Assembly (NCBI RefSeq): GCF_051105105.1
Contig: NZ_CP185339.1
Direction: 5' to 3' (one strand)
Origin: Nannocystis pusilla
GTDB lineage: Bacteria; Myxococcota_A; Polyangia; Nannocystales; Nannocystaceae
Length of the DNA: 64,000 nt
Under the pieces are notes generated by a model. The model was not told the DNA's origin. It ran no database searches and saw nothing but the letters and a program-made list of their open reading frames with translations. Positions 8,776 through 19,089 of this stretch are shown here, in pieces; within the stretch, counting starts at the first letter, position 1; each line of letters opens with the position of its first letter. A program made the translations under genes and the position numbers.

Positions 8776-11025
8776 ATGCGTAGGATTGTTCTGCCTTTCC
8801 CCCTCTCGGTCGCCCTCGCGACCCTCGCCGCTTGCGGCGACGATGCGACCGTCGACACCACCGCGTCGACCTCCGAGACCTCGACCACCGACGACTCCAC
8901 CAGCACGAGCCCGGGTCCGACCACCGACGCGCCGACCACCGGCGTGCCGACCACGACCGACCCGACGACGTCGACGAGCACGACCGACGCGACCAGCACG
9001 ACGACCGACGACACGACGACCACCACGTCGACGACGGACGACACGACCACGACCACGACGACGACCGACACGACCGACACGACCGACACGACCACCGCCG
9101 CCGACAACTGCGGCGACGGCGTGATCGAGGACCCCGAGGTGTGTGACGGCGCCGCGCTGGCCGACCAGGACTGCGTGTCGCAGGGCTTCGACAGCGGCAC
9201 CCTCGCGTGCGCGGCCGACTGCAGCGCGTTCGACATCAGCGGGTGCGTGCTGGCCTCGTGCGGCAACGGCTCGATCGAGGGCGAGGAGTCGTGCGACGGC
9301 GACGACCTGGCCGGGCAGGACTGCGTGTCGCAGGGCTTCGAGAGCGGCACCCTGACGTGCATGGAGAACACCTGCGTGTTCGAGCTGAGCGGGTGCTTCA
9401 CCTGCGGCGACGGCAACGTCTCGGGCACCGAGGTGTGTGACGGCGCCGAGCTCGGCGGCGAGGACTGCGTCAGCCAGGGCTTCGAATCGGGCGAGCTCGG
9501 TTGCGCGGCCGACTGCGGCGCGCTCGACACCAGCAACTGCAGCACCTGCGGCGACAACGCCCTGAGCGGCGCGGAGGAGTGCGACGGCGCCCTCCTCGGC
9601 GGCGCGACCTGCCAGTCGCAGGGCGCCGACTACGGCACGCTCAAGTGCTCGGCCGACTGCGGCTTCGACGTCTCGGCGTGCATCACCGCCGTGGACGAGA
9701 CCGAGCCGAACGACGACGGCATGGTCGCCACCAGCACCAACGACTTCAGCAGCGTCAACGCCAACGGCCCGTACACCGCCGACACCCTGATCAAGGCGAA
9801 GATCACGCCGGCCGGCGACGACGACGTGTTCGCGGTGCAGAACACCGGCGACGGCTACGCCACGCTGCGGCTCGAGACCTTCAGCATCGAGGGCCCGGGC
9901 ACCTGCACCACCATCGACACGGTGATCGACATCCGCACCGCCGCCAACGTCCTCCTCACCACCGACGATCAGAGCGGCATCAACAACTGCTCGCTCATCA
10001 CCAACTACCCGCTGGCGCCGGGCGAGACCGTCTACGTGCGGGTGTACGACTACCTCGACAATTCCGTCATCGACAACTACCTGCTCGACATCCAGCTCGA
10101 TCCGGTGATCTGCGGCGACGGGGCCGTCGGCGCGGGCGAGCAGTGCGACGACGGCAACGCCGTCAACGGCGACGGCTGCAGCGACGCTTGCAAGGTCGAG
10201 GCCGCGACCGGCGAGATCGAGCCCAACAACACCAACGTGCAGGCCGACGCGACCGGGATCGTGTCGACCGGCAACTCGCTGTTCGTCGGCGCGATCACCC
10301 CGAACGCCAACGTCGACCGCTACCGCCTCGACCTCGCCGCCGCGGGCTTCCTGCGCTTCGAGAGCTTCAGCTCGCTGAACGACTGCGCCGGCATCAACAC
10401 GGTGCTGCGGCTCTACAACACCAACAACACCCAGATCATCGCCGACACCGGCAACCTGGGCATCAGCACCTGCTCGGCGCTGGTGTTCCCGCTGCCGGCC
10501 GGGACGACCTACGTCCACCTCGAGGAGAACGGCAACAACGCCGCCATCCCGACCTACCTGCTCCAGACCGCGCTGCTGACCGACGCCGGCGCCGAGACCG
10601 AGCCGAACGAGGCCCAGGCGGAGGCCAACCTCAACATCCAGAGCGGCTCCGACGTGCTGGTGTACGGCGACCACTCGGTCAACACCGACTCGGACTTCTA
10701 CCGCATCGACGTGCCGGTCTCCGGCAGCTCGCTGCGCCTCGAGATCATCGAGGGCGACCGCACCATCGAGACCTGCGAGAACCTGGGGGTCGACTCGCGC
10801 CTCACCCTGTACAACGCCCAGGGCGTGCAGCTCGTCGACGACGACGACGAGGGCCGCGGTTACTGCTCGATGATCGACGGCACCGGATCGACGCCGCTCG
10901 ACGCCGGCGCGCACAACCTGGCCGCCGGGACCTACTACGTCCAGGTGCGCGCGTCGACGCTCTCCCAGAACGGCGCCGCCGGCCAGTTCATCTACCGGCT
11001 GGCCGCCACCGTCCGCACGCCGTGA
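8776..11025 (+). CDS. Secreted lipoprotein. It has a Thr-rich linker, four 'myxococcus cysteine-rich repeat' modules and three pre-peptidase C-terminal (PPC) domains.
   Basis: Lipobox LATLAAC; a T/D-rich linker; CGDGxxE..CDG..L...DCVSQGF.SG.L.C..DC four times; three EPN(D/N)...YR(L/I)D modules. Confidence 0.85.
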   Translation: MRRIVLPFPLSVALATLAACGDDATVDTTASTSETSTTDDSTSTSPGPTTDAPTTGVPTTTDPTTSTSTTDATSTTTDDTTTTTSTTDDTTTTTTTTDTTDTTDTTTAADNCGDGVIEDPEVCDGAALADQDCVSQGFDSGTLACAADCSAFDISGCVLASCGNGSIEGEESCDGDDLAGQDCVSQGFESGTLTCMENTCVFELSGCFTCGDGNVSGTEVCDGAELGGEDCVSQGFESGELGCAADCGALDTSNCSTCGDNALSGAEECDGALLGGATCQSQGADYGTLKCSADCGFDVSACITAVDETEPNDDGMVATSTNDFSSVNANGPYTADTLIKAKITPAGDDDVFAVQNTGDGYATLRLETFSIEGPGTCTTIDTVIDIRTAANVLLTTDDQSGINNCSLITNYPLAPGETVYVRVYDYLDNSVIDNYLLDIQLDPVICGDGAVGAGEQCDDGNAVNGDGCSDACKVEAATGEIEPNNTNVQADATGIVSTGNSLFVGAITPNANVDRYRLDLAAAGFLRFESFSSLNDCAGINTVLRLYNTNNTQIIADTGNLGISTCSALVFPLPAGTTYVHLEENGNNAAIPTYLLQTALLTDAGAETEPNEAQAEANLNIQSGSDVLVYGDHSVNTDSDFYRIDVPVSGSSLRLEIIEGDRTIETCENLGVDSRLTLYNAQGVQLVDDDDEGRGYCSMIDGTGSTPLDAGAHNLAAGTYYVQVRASTLSQNGAAGQFIYRLAATVRTP

Positions 11026-11028
11026 AGC

Positions 11029-11045
11029 CGGGCGCCCGCTCCGGG
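11029..11045 (+). terminator. GC-rich hairpin after the stop codon. It is possibly an intrinsic terminator and has no T-tract.
   Basis: gcgcccg-ctc-cgggcgc. Confidence 0.3.
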
Positions 11046-11063
11046 CGCGCCGCTCGCATGAAC

Positions 11064-11122
11064 GAACGGCCATGTCCTCCGGGACATGGCCGTTCGGCCA
11101 TTCCCGAACGGACATGTCGCCG
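11064..11122. repeat. Perfect 14-bp-arm hairpin of the GACATG family, plus a second half-element.
   Basis: gaacggccatgtcc-tcc-gggacatggccgttc; then cgaacggacatgtcgcc. Confidence 0.8.
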
Positions 11123-11149
11123 CAGACACGGCCGCCGCGCCGGCCCCGC

Positions 11150-11482
11150 CTAGGGGATCTTGCGCAGCCGGACGTCGCCGGCGGGCCCGGCGATGTCGGT
11201 GAAGATGCCGGACAGGCTGGTCGGGCTCTCGACCTTGCCGACGTAGAGCGCGTGGTAGCCGGTCTTCTCGTTGACCTGGCGGATCGAGAACAGGGTCCCG
11301 CGCGGCGACGTGTACAGCGTGCCCTGGAAGTGGCTCGGGTCGTCGCCGGGGAACACGTAGCGGCCGACGAAGTGCTCGGGGTCGAGCTGGATGATGATCA
11401 GCTCGGACGGCACGGTGGTGGGCGCGAGCTGCCCGTTGAGGGTCCGGTCGAAGCTGAATTCCCAACGTCCGCTGAGGTCCAT
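11150..11482 (-). CDS. Small hypothetical protein of about 110 aa.
   Basis: MDLSGRWEFSFDRTLNGQ...LYTSPRGTLFSIRQVNEKTGYHALYVGKVE. Protein-like and non-repetitive. Confidence 0.5.
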   Translation of the reverse strand: MDLSGRWEFSFDRTLNGQLAPTTVPSELIIIQLDPEHFVGRYVFPGDDPSHFQGTLYTSPRGTLFSIRQVNEKTGYHALYVGKVESPTSLSGIFTDIAGPAGDVRLRKIP

Positions 11483-11582
11483 AGGGGCTCCCGAGGCCCA
11501 GACCGTAGGCGCCCGCCCGGCGCCAGTCAATGGCCCCCGCGCGCGCGTTCGCCAGCGCGCACGGCGGGCGGCGGCCGCGGCA

Positions 11583-12893
11583 CTAGTTGTCCTCGTCCGG
11601 CTGGACGCTCTCGCGGTAGCTGACGAGCGGCTTGTCGTCGTCGAGGAGGGTGCCGATGAAGTCGCCCAGGTCGACGCCCTGCTCCTCGATCTCGGTGTCG
11701 AGGTACGAGATGATCGACACGCAGTGGCTGTCGTTGAGGCCGCGCCAGTAGGGCAGGTAGTACGCCATGTTCGGGTGCGGGTCGTACAGCGCGGTCATGA
11801 GGTCGGTGTCCTCGGCCCAGTACTCGAGGATCTTCTCCTTCGTCATGTCCGGGTAGAAGCGCTCGTACGAGTAGCGCGAGTAGTTGAAGTCGCGCTGGAA
11901 GAACACGGTGCTGAGGCGGTCGTCGGGGTAGAGCGCGGCGAGGTGGGTGTTGAGCACGCCGAAGTCGTCGTCGATCTCGTAGCCGGGCGGCAGCTCGGAG
12001 AACACCGAGTCCACGTTCCACGAGGAGCGGATCTTCTCGTGCAGCTTGGCGGACCAGCCGCCGCTCGGGAAGATCGGGCCGGAGTCGTCCATCAGGTAGC
12101 CGCGCTGGGCGTCGATGCGCGAGCGGAAGAAGTGATAGTTGATGAGCGAGCCGGCCCCGCCCGCGCTGCAGCCGGTGACGAACAGGCGGTCGGTGCCCGG
12201 GAACTGGTTCGCCATCCAGTCGGTCGCCGCCATCACGTTGTTGTGACCGTTGTGGTGGAACTCGAGGTCGGGCTCGACGCCCTCGGGGTCCTGGTAGACG
12301 ATCACGTTGTTGCCCGTGTGCACGTCGCCGGTGCAGTAGGGCATGAACACCAGGTTCCAGTCCTTGGTGAGGCCCTCGACGTCGCGGCGCATCAGCGGCG
12401 ACAGGTTCTTCGTCAACGGGTCGAAGAGGAGGTCGTCGGGGACGCCGTCAGGGTGCGCCGCGCCGAGGTCGGCCTTGCCGGAGCAGGTGTCGAAGTCCCA
12501 ACAGGCCCCGCCCGGCTCGAGCATCACCAGCAGGTCCTTGGCGCCCTCGTGCCAGTTGACGAAGATCTTGTACTGGCTGCCGTTGCCGCACACCGCCCCC
12601 TCGAGCGGGACCGTGATCCACTGGTCGTAGGCGGGCGGCTCGATCGGCCCGCCCGTGGTGGCGTCGGTGGTGGTGGTGTCGGCAGAAGTGGTGGTCGGCG
12701 CGTCGGTGGTGCCGTCGGTGGTGGTCCCGCTGGTCGGATCGGCGGTCGTCCCGGTCGGACTCGTCGACGTGTCCGTGTCCGGGATCACCGCGGTCCCGCT
12801 CCCCGTGGTGCCGTCGTCGCCGCAGCCCGTAAACAGCGCCAAAACACCCACGAGCGCGAACCCGTGTCGCGACATCCTTTGCTCGAACTTCAT
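11583..12893 (-). CDS. Pectin acetylesterase/notum-like esterase family lipoprotein.
   Basis: Lipobox (LALFTGC); a Thr-rich linker; GGACWDFDTC, MPYCTGDVHTGN and TGCSAGGAGS are PAE-family hallmarks. Confidence 0.8.
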   Translation of the reverse strand: MKFEQRMSRHGFALVGVLALFTGCGDDGTTGSGTAVIPDTDTSTSPTGTTADPTSGTTTDGTTDAPTTTSADTTTTDATTGGPIEPPAYDQWITVPLEGAVCGNGSQYKIFVNWHEGAKDLLVMLEPGGACWDFDTCSGKADLGAAHPDGVPDDLLFDPLTKNLSPLMRRDVEGLTKDWNLVFMPYCTGDVHTGNNVIVYQDPEGVEPDLEFHHNGHNNVMAATDWMANQFPGTDRLFVTGCSAGGAGSLINYHFFRSRIDAQRGYLMDDSGPIFPSGGWSAKLHEKIRSSWNVDSVFSELPPGYEIDDDFGVLNTHLAALYPDDRLSTVFFQRDFNYSRYSYERFYPDMTKEKILEYWAEDTDLMTALYDPHPNMAYYLPYWRGLNDSHCVSIISYLDTEIEEQGVDLGDFIGTLLDDDKPLVSYRESVQPDEDN

Positions 12894-13072
12894 GCCACCG
12901 CTCCTCAGGCCGTCCACGGTAGCAAAACTCACCTGCCGTTCGCGAGACCATGAAAACGCTGTGTTTCGTGCGTTTCCATGGCGAGTAGAAACCCCTCGCG
13001 CGATACCGCCCGATCACACCCACAGGGGCGCACCGCTTGGTCAGGCCTCGGTCGTAGTGCCATGGTAGGGCG

Positions 13073-14569
13073 ATGAGGCCCCCAGCGCACATCTCAGCCG
13101 CCTTCGTCGCCCTCTCGTTCGCCACCCCGGCCGCAGCCGACGAGCCGCCCGATGTCCTCGGCTTCCCGGTCGAGCCGACCGAGATCTACGGCGGCGTGGA
13201 CACGGTGACGTGCGGCTGGCCGACGACGGTGTCGATGCTCGGCCAGTGCACCGGAACGCTGGTTCACCCGGAGGTCGTCATCTTCGCGGCCCACTGCGGG
13301 TCCGGCTACAGCGGCGTCCTCCTCGGCGAGTCGATCAACGGCCCGAAGCGCCAGGTGCCGACGGAATTCTGCCAAACCTTCCCAGGGGGCGGCCCGGGGA
13401 ACGGCCAGGATTTCGCGTTTTGCAAGCTGTCGCAGCCGCAGCTCGACATCCCCATCGTGCCCATCCTGATGGGTTGCGAGACCGACATCCTGCAGCCCGG
13501 CCAGCAGGTGACGATCGTCGGCTTCGGCAACGCCGACACCGGGCCGTACGGGATCAAGCGCGAGGTCGTCACCACGATCAACAGCATCACCGGCAACAAT
13601 GAGGTCGACATCGGCGGCAACGGCAAGGACAGCTGCCAGGGCGACTCCGGCGGGCCGGTGTTCGTGCAGCTGGCCGACGGCTCGTGGCGCGTGTTCGGCA
13701 TCACCTCGTACGGCGGCGCGTGCGGGACCGGCGGCATGTACTCGCAGATGCACCGCGGCATCGACTGGTTCGAGCAGCAGAGCGGCATCGACCTGACGCC
13801 GTGCCACAACGCCGACGGCACGTGGAACCCGACGCCGGCGTGCAAGGGCTTCCCGCTCAACCCGGGCGTCACCAACGGCGACTGGGGCACCGGCTGCGGC
13901 GGAGGAGAGGTCGGCGGCCAGAGCGTGACCTGCGGCTCGGCGGCCTGCGACGAGGCGGCCGACATGGAGGGCCCGACGGTCAGCGTGCTGTCGCCGGCCG
14001 ACGAGACGGTGCTGATGTCGCCCGACATGGCCGAGAACGTGTCGACGTCGATCAGCATCGGCGCGACCGACAACGCCGGCGGCTGCGGGGTGAAGGAGGT
14101 CCGCCTCCTCATCAACGGCAACGACATCGGCGGGGTCGACATCGCGGAGCCGTACGACTTCACCAACGTGTCGTTCCCGACCGGCTGCTGGGAGGTCGGG
14201 GCCAAGGCGATCGACTGGGTCGGCAACGAGGGCCAGGCCGAGCCGATCACCCTGTGCATCAATCAGGAGCCGCCGCCCCCGCCGCCGCCGCCGCCCCCGG
14301 ACACCACCGACGGCGACAGCGAGTCGGGCGGCGACAGCGACTCCGGCGAGTCGACCGACGGCGCGCCCACGACCGGCACCGACCCGACCCAGGGTAACAA
14401 CAGCGGCAGCGGGCCGGTCACGACCGCCGGGTCGGCGACGGCCGGCGACACCTCGGGCCTCGGCGAGTCGGACGGCTGCGCCTGCGCGGCCGACAGCTCG
14501 GGCGCGCCCAAGGGCGCGGGGCTGATGCTGCTCGGGCTGGCGCTGCTCGGCCGCCGGCGCCGGCGCTGA
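13073..14569 (+). CDS. Trypsin-like (S1) serine protease with a C-terminal MYXO-CTERM sorting domain.
   Basis: AAHCG (His), GDSGGP (Ser); poly-Pro and Gly/Ser/Thr linkers; C-terminal GCACAAD...GAGLMLLGLALLGRRRRR. Confidence 0.9.
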   Translation: MRPPAHISAAFVALSFATPAAADEPPDVLGFPVEPTEIYGGVDTVTCGWPTTVSMLGQCTGTLVHPEVVIFAAHCGSGYSGVLLGESINGPKRQVPTEFCQTFPGGGPGNGQDFAFCKLSQPQLDIPIVPILMGCETDILQPGQQVTIVGFGNADTGPYGIKREVVTTINSITGNNEVDIGGNGKDSCQGDSGGPVFVQLADGSWRVFGITSYGGACGTGGMYSQMHRGIDWFEQQSGIDLTPCHNADGTWNPTPACKGFPLNPGVTNGDWGTGCGGGEVGGQSVTCGSAACDEAADMEGPTVSVLSPADETVLMSPDMAENVSTSISIGATDNAGGCGVKEVRLLINGNDIGGVDIAEPYDFTNVSFPTGCWEVGAKAIDWVGNEGQAEPITLCINQEPPPPPPPPPPDTTDGDSESGGDSDSGESTDGAPTTGTDPTQGNNSGSGPVTTAGSATAGDTSGLGESDGCACAADSSGAPKGAGLMLLGLALLGRRRRR

Positions 14570-14581
14570 GCGAACGAAGAG

Positions 14582-14606
14582 GGCCCGGAGCGCCGCTCCG
14601 GGCCGC
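14582..14606 (+). terminator. Perfect 11-bp-arm GC hairpin directly after the protease stop.
   Basis: ggcccggagcg-c-cgctccgggcc. There is no U-tract, as is common in high-GC genomes. Confidence 0.4.
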
Positions 14607-14751
14607 GCGAGCCCGGCGCGCGGGCCGGCCGCGACGGACGGCGGGTCTCGGCGGCCGCTTCGGCGAGCTTCATGCGCCACGAGTCAAAGCGGCGCAGGGC
14701 GGCGGGTCTTCACGGGTCGCGAGCTCGGCTCGACAAGCGGCGACTGCAAGG

Positions 14752-14818
14752 GCATGTCCGAGAGGGCATGTCACATGTGGCAGGTCCGATCGGGAATGTC
14801 TTTCAGGACATGTCCCAT
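14752..14818. repeat. Four CATGTC units including a perfect GGACATGTCC.
   Basis: ggcatgtccgagagggcatgtcacatgtgg...gggaatgtctttcaggacatgtccc. Confidence 0.8.
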
Positions 14819-14820
14819 GA

Positions 14821-15534
14821 TTAAAACCGGCCGGCGAGCGACAGGCCGACGAAGCGGGGGGTCACGCTCGGCTCGAGCCGCAGCTCGCTCAGGCGCGAGA
14901 CCCGGGCGGCGCGGGCGTACGAGACGCCGTAGGCGAGCAGACCGGCGCCGGCGACGGTGAGCGACTGGCCGGCGGCGGTCAGCACCAACCAGGCGCTCCA
15001 GCGGTCGCGGACGCAGTCCGCCGTCAGCTGGCCCTCCTGGCGGCAGGTCTCGGCCCCGAACCTGTCGCGCCACAGGGCCACCCGCGAACCGACGTACATC
15101 GCCAGGCCGACGGCGAGCAGACCGGCGCCGCCGCCCAGGTAGGCCGGGGCGATCTTCTCGCGGCGCTCGTGTCGGGTCCGGTTCCACGCCGTGAAGCGGC
15201 CGCGCACGGTCCCGCCGCCGGCCGCCAGCCCGACCGCGGCGAAGTTGAGCAGCGGGGCCACGGTCGAGAAGCCGAGGTAGCGCAGCGACTCGTCGATGCA
15301 GGTGGTGACCGTGATCTGCAGCTCGGGGAAGACGTGCTGCTGGCCGTCGCAGCCGCGGCGGAGGATGCCGATCCGCCACACGTGCGCGGCGAGCCCGAGG
15401 CCGCCCGCGACGCCGGCGCTGACCAGAAGGCCGAGGCCCGACAGGGGCATGGCCGGCGGCAGCTCGCGCGCGGGCGCGGGCCCGACCGGCCGGACGAGCG
15501 TGAGCGACACGAACAGGGCGAGCGCGGGCGACAT
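14821..15534 (-). CDS. Hypothetical membrane or envelope protein that ends in ...LSLAGRF.
   Basis: Signal-like N-terminus (MSPALALFVSLTLV); hydrophobic segments; C-terminal aromatic residue. Low-complexity upstream part of the ORF was discarded. Confidence 0.45.
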   Translation of the reverse strand: MSPALALFVSLTLVRPVGPAPARELPPAMPLSGLGLLVSAGVAGGLGLAAHVWRIGILRRGCDGQQHVFPELQITVTTCIDESLRYLGFSTVAPLLNFAAVGLAAGGGTVRGRFTAWNRTRHERREKIAPAYLGGGAGLLAVGLAMYVGSRVALWRDRFGAETCRQEGQLTADCVRDRWSAWLVLTAAGQSLTVAGAGLLAYGVSYARAARVSRLSELRLEPSVTPRFVGLSLAGRF

Positions 15535-15828
15535 CGCCCGCAAGGTGAGGGCGATCGCGGATCGACGCCAGCGCGCGCGGAGGCGCCGCGAGGCCGCCGG
15601 AATCGTCGGTGTGCGCGGCGTCGCAGCGAGCCGGGGCGTGGCGCGAGGCGTGCGAGCGGGCGAAGGATGTCTCGAGGGACAGGTCGAGAGAGCGGGCCAG
15701 AGGAGACGCCCGGAGCCGCGGCAGCGGCAGGTCGCCTCGGACGTTGCGCGGCCGGGGATCGGCTGGCGAAGAGGACATGTCGGAACGGACATATCATCAG
15801 CGGCCCGCGCCGCGGACAGCGGCGCGGC

Positions 15829-16932
15829 TCAGATGTCCGGCGACTGGCAGGTCTCCTTCGGGGTGATCGTGACGAAGGCGAGCAGGCCGTCGTCGCCGGC
15901 GATCAGCGCGCCGGAGGTGTTGCCGCGGGAGACCACGCCCGCGCCGGCGCCGACCGGCGTGGGCTCGGCGAGCATGGAGGACTCGGGCCACCCGCCGAGC
16001 GTGCCGTCGTCGTACAGGGCGACGAGGATGCCGTCGATCCGGCCGAGGCCGAGGACGGGGGTCGCAGGATCGACGGGGTAGAACGAGACCTCCTTGGCGG
16101 CCTGATGGAGGACCTTGCCGGTGGCGGTGACGATCGCAGCCTCGTCGTAGACCTCGGCGATCCGCACGAGGTCGTCGGTCGTGCCGGTGTCGACCGGGGC
16201 CCAGGTGACGCCGCCGTCGACGCTGAGGACCGCCAGGCCGCCGTCGCCGACGGCGACCAGCGGGCTGCCGGTGACGGCGTGGAACGAGCCGGTGGCGGCG
16301 GGATCGAGCGCGACCGGCTGCCAGGTCGCGCCGGCGTCGGCGGAGCGCACGATCACGCCGTCGCCGACGGCGATGCCGTGCAGCGAGGCCTCGCCGTCGA
16401 CGACGAAGTTGAAGAACACGACGTCGCGCAGCGCGGCCTCGGTTCCGAGATCGACGGGGACCCAGGTGTCGCCGTCGTCGACGCTGCGGTGGGCGACGCC
16501 GCCGTCGCCGACGACCATCCAGCTGCTGACATCGATCCGCTCCACTCGCTTCAGGGCCGGATCGGCGGGCAGCGCCAGGGGGTGGAACACGCCGCCCTCG
16601 TCGGGGCGGAACAGGCGACCGTCGGCCGTCAAAGCGAGCGCGCTCTTGGGCCCGAGCGCGGCGACCGACACGAACTCGACCGCCTCGTCCGCGGCGATCG
16701 GATTGACGTTGAGGAGGTAGACGAAGTCCTCGCAGCCGGGGGCGCCCTCGGTGACGGTGGGCGACTCCTCGGTCGGGTCGGGCAGGCTGGTGGTCGGCGA
16801 CGAGGTCGACGAGGACGAGGTCGAGGTCGAGGTCGACGAGGCGCCGTCAGTGTCGGCGTCGGGTTTGGAGCAGGCGAGCGCCAGCGTCGGCAGCACGAGC
16901 AGGAGCGAGGACAGCGAGGGAGGCGAAGTCAT
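15829..16932 (-). CDS. Lipoprotein with BNR/Ycf48-like beta-propeller repeats.
   Basis: Lipobox (LALAC); a S/T linker; repeated D.G.TW..V motifs (DDGDTWVPVDLG, DAGATWQPVALD, VDGGVTWAPVDTG). Confidence 0.75.
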   Translation of the reverse strand: MTSPPSLSSLLLVLPTLALACSKPDADTDGASSTSTSTSSSSTSSPTTSLPDPTEESPTVTEGAPGCEDFVYLLNVNPIAADEAVEFVSVAALGPKSALALTADGRLFRPDEGGVFHPLALPADPALKRVERIDVSSWMVVGDGGVAHRSVDDGDTWVPVDLGTEAALRDVVFFNFVVDGEASLHGIAVGDGVIVRSADAGATWQPVALDPAATGSFHAVTGSPLVAVGDGGLAVLSVDGGVTWAPVDTGTTDDLVRIAEVYDEAAIVTATGKVLHQAAKEVSFYPVDPATPVLGLGRIDGILVALYDDGTLGGWPESSMLAEPTPVGAGAGVVSRGNTSGALIAGDDGLLAFVTITPKETCQSPDI

Positions 16933-17189
16933 GGCAGTCCGTTCAATTGGGCGAGAGCTGCCGGAGCTGTCAATCGCCGGCGGCGAATCACGCGGGGTGC
17001 TGTGGTGAATGCCCGCCCCCGACCCGCGGTGGCGGCCGCCCCCGCGGTGCTGGTCAGCCGCGGAGCGCGGCTCACGGGCCTCCGGCGTGGGTCGACGGCG
17101 CCCCAGCCCAGGCTCGAATCGCGGCAGCATCGCGTCCCCGTTCGCGCGTCGCCCGGCAATGCCGGGACTTCGCGGCGGCGCGCCCGTTG

Positions 17190-17224
17190 AATGTCCTGAT
17201 GACCATGTCTGATGGGACATGTAA
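17190..17224. repeat. Three GACATG-family half-sites in a divergent promoter region.
   Basis: atgtcctgatgaccatgtctgatgggacatg. Confidence 0.6.
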
Positions 17225-17472
17225 TAGAGGGCCGTGGGTCGTGGCCGGGCCCTGCGAATGCACGCAGCGCCCGAGCCCGGCATTCGCAGGAGTGCGGACC
17301 GTCGGCGCGCGGAGGGACGCCGGCCGCGCTCGCATCCGCCCGGGCGACGCCAGCGGCCCGCGCGACCGTGCGCGTTCCCTCCGCCCGGCAAACGGCGGAC
17401 AATGAGGCGGTGACGGCCCCCGATTCGCAGGACCGCGCGCGCGACGGGTTTTATCGCCTGCTCGCGGCGGCG

Positions 17473-18696
17473 ATGACCTACGGCTGGGCGCGGCTGATGG
17501 CGTTCTTGGCCTGGATGGCGCTGCTGGTGTCGACGTACGCGTCGCTCGACGGGGTGATCGGCGAGGGCACCGTGGCGCCGCTCGGGCTCGTCACGCTGAA
17601 GACCGTGCCGCTGCTGCTGGCGGTGCTGGTCGCGCTGCCGAACGTGATGCTGCACATCGTCGCGCGCATGATCCTGTTCCGCTTCTCGCGGCGGAACTTC
17701 AACCTGCTGTGCCGCGACGCGCCGGCCGAGGCGACGCTGCCGGACGAGGTCAAGGCGCGCTGCCAGGCGACGTGGGCCTACGAGCGCGGGCGGGCGCAGA
17801 TGCGCTACGAGTCGGGGCTGCTGCCGCAGGTCGGCGTGTTCGGCCTGCTGGCGTCGGCGATGCTGGCGTTCTGCATCCTCGGGATCCACCTGCCGCCGTC
17901 GCAGCTGTTCCCCAACCTCGGCGGCGAGCTGCCGACCTGGCACATCTGGGTCGCGTGGACGGTGCTGAGCACCGCGACGACCTCGTTCATGCTGTCGGTC
18001 GGCCGGATCCTGGTGCGGATCGCCGGCTACGACGCGACCACCCGCACGTTCGCCGACGCGGCCCGCTCGTTCGGCCTGTGCGTGGTCAGCGGCGGGCTGC
18101 TCGCCTGCCTCACGGTGTCGAGCACCGATCCGAAGACCGCGCAGGCCAGCATCGCCATGGGCATCGCCGTCGGCCTGCTCGGCGACCGGGCCTTCATCGC
18201 GGTGTCGAACCGCGCGGCCGCGCTGCTCGGCACCGAGGTCGAGGTCGTCGAGCCGGGCATCGGCCTGCGGGTGATCGAGGGCGTCGGCGCGGAGGACAGC
18301 CAGCGCCTGCAGGAAGAGAACGTGACGTTGGTCCACGCGCTGGCGTTCGTGCCGGTGCCGCGGCTGTTCTTCAACTCGTCGCTCAACCTGCAGCGGATCT
18401 GCGACTGGCAGGACCAGGCGCTGCTGTTCGTGTACGTCGGCGAGAGCCGGGCCAAGGCGCTGCGCGAGCAGTTCCAGATCCGCGGGGCCATCGACGCCCA
18501 GCGGCTCGGCCGCGGCTTCGAGGACATGCCGGCCGAGGTGCAGCAACAGCTGGTGGTGAGCCTCAACTTCCCGAGCCCGACGCACGCGCGGCAGCTGTTC
18601 GCGCGGCTGGCCGTCGACCCGCGCATCGACGAGCTGCGGGCCTATCGCGCCGCCGAGCTGAGTTTGGAGCCGCTGCTCGACGGCCGGCGGGCCTGA
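17473..18696 (+). CDS. Polytopic membrane protein of unknown function. An alternative GTG start lies at 17410.
   Basis: Multiple hydrophobic helices (LMAFLAWMALLVS, LLLAVLVALPNVMLHIV, VGVFGLLASAMLAFCILGI...); soluble C-terminal domain. Confidence 0.7.
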   Translation: MTYGWARLMAFLAWMALLVSTYASLDGVIGEGTVAPLGLVTLKTVPLLLAVLVALPNVMLHIVARMILFRFSRRNFNLLCRDAPAEATLPDEVKARCQATWAYERGRAQMRYESGLLPQVGVFGLLASAMLAFCILGIHLPPSQLFPNLGGELPTWHIWVAWTVLSTATTSFMLSVGRILVRIAGYDATTRTFADAARSFGLCVVSGGLLACLTVSSTDPKTAQASIAMGIAVGLLGDRAFIAVSNRAAALLGTEVEVVEPGIGLRVIEGVGAEDSQRLQEENVTLVHALAFVPVPRLFFNSSLNLQRICDWQDQALLFVYVGESRAKALREQFQIRGAIDAQRLGRGFEDMPAEVQQQLVVSLNFPSPTHARQLFARLAVDPRIDELRAYRAAELSLEPLLDGRRA

Positions 18697-19089
18697 GCCC
18701 TGCGCACGCTTCGGACGCCGCCGGTGCGCCGCTGCGCGTCAGCCCGACACACGCAGCGACGACACCGGCGACGTCCAAACTCGGGCCCGACGCGGGGCAC
18801 CGCGCCGCCGGTCGGGTGGAGACGAGCGGAGCCGCGGCGCGTACGGTCGCGCCAAAGGCTCGCTGCTGCTGGACATCGGGCGAACACACCAGGGGCTCGA
18901 CCCCAAGTCTGGGCGGAGCGTCGGGGGCGGCAATCCGGCGACGATGACCTGCGCCACGAGCAGGTCGCGCGCGGCGCCGCGGCGTCGGTTCGTCGCGGCG
19001 AGGCGGCGCCCGGGCACGAACGCCGATCGGACAGGTGTCGGCCGCGCAGGTGCGACAGTTCGGCTGTGTCGCCGATTACTCCCGATCGC

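Noticed and set aside
8737-11115. 792-aa ORF on the minus strand, and the 437-aa ORF at 8244-9557.
   Set aside because: They are antisense to the well-supported Cys-repeat/PPC lipoprotein gene. The translations are poly-V/G/R/A with no domain-like pattern.
15829-18585. 918-aa minus-strand ORF.
   Set aside because: Only the 3' third (15829-16932) encodes a plausible lipoprotein. The 5' two-thirds is antisense to the membrane-protein gene 17473-18696 and is Arg-rich.
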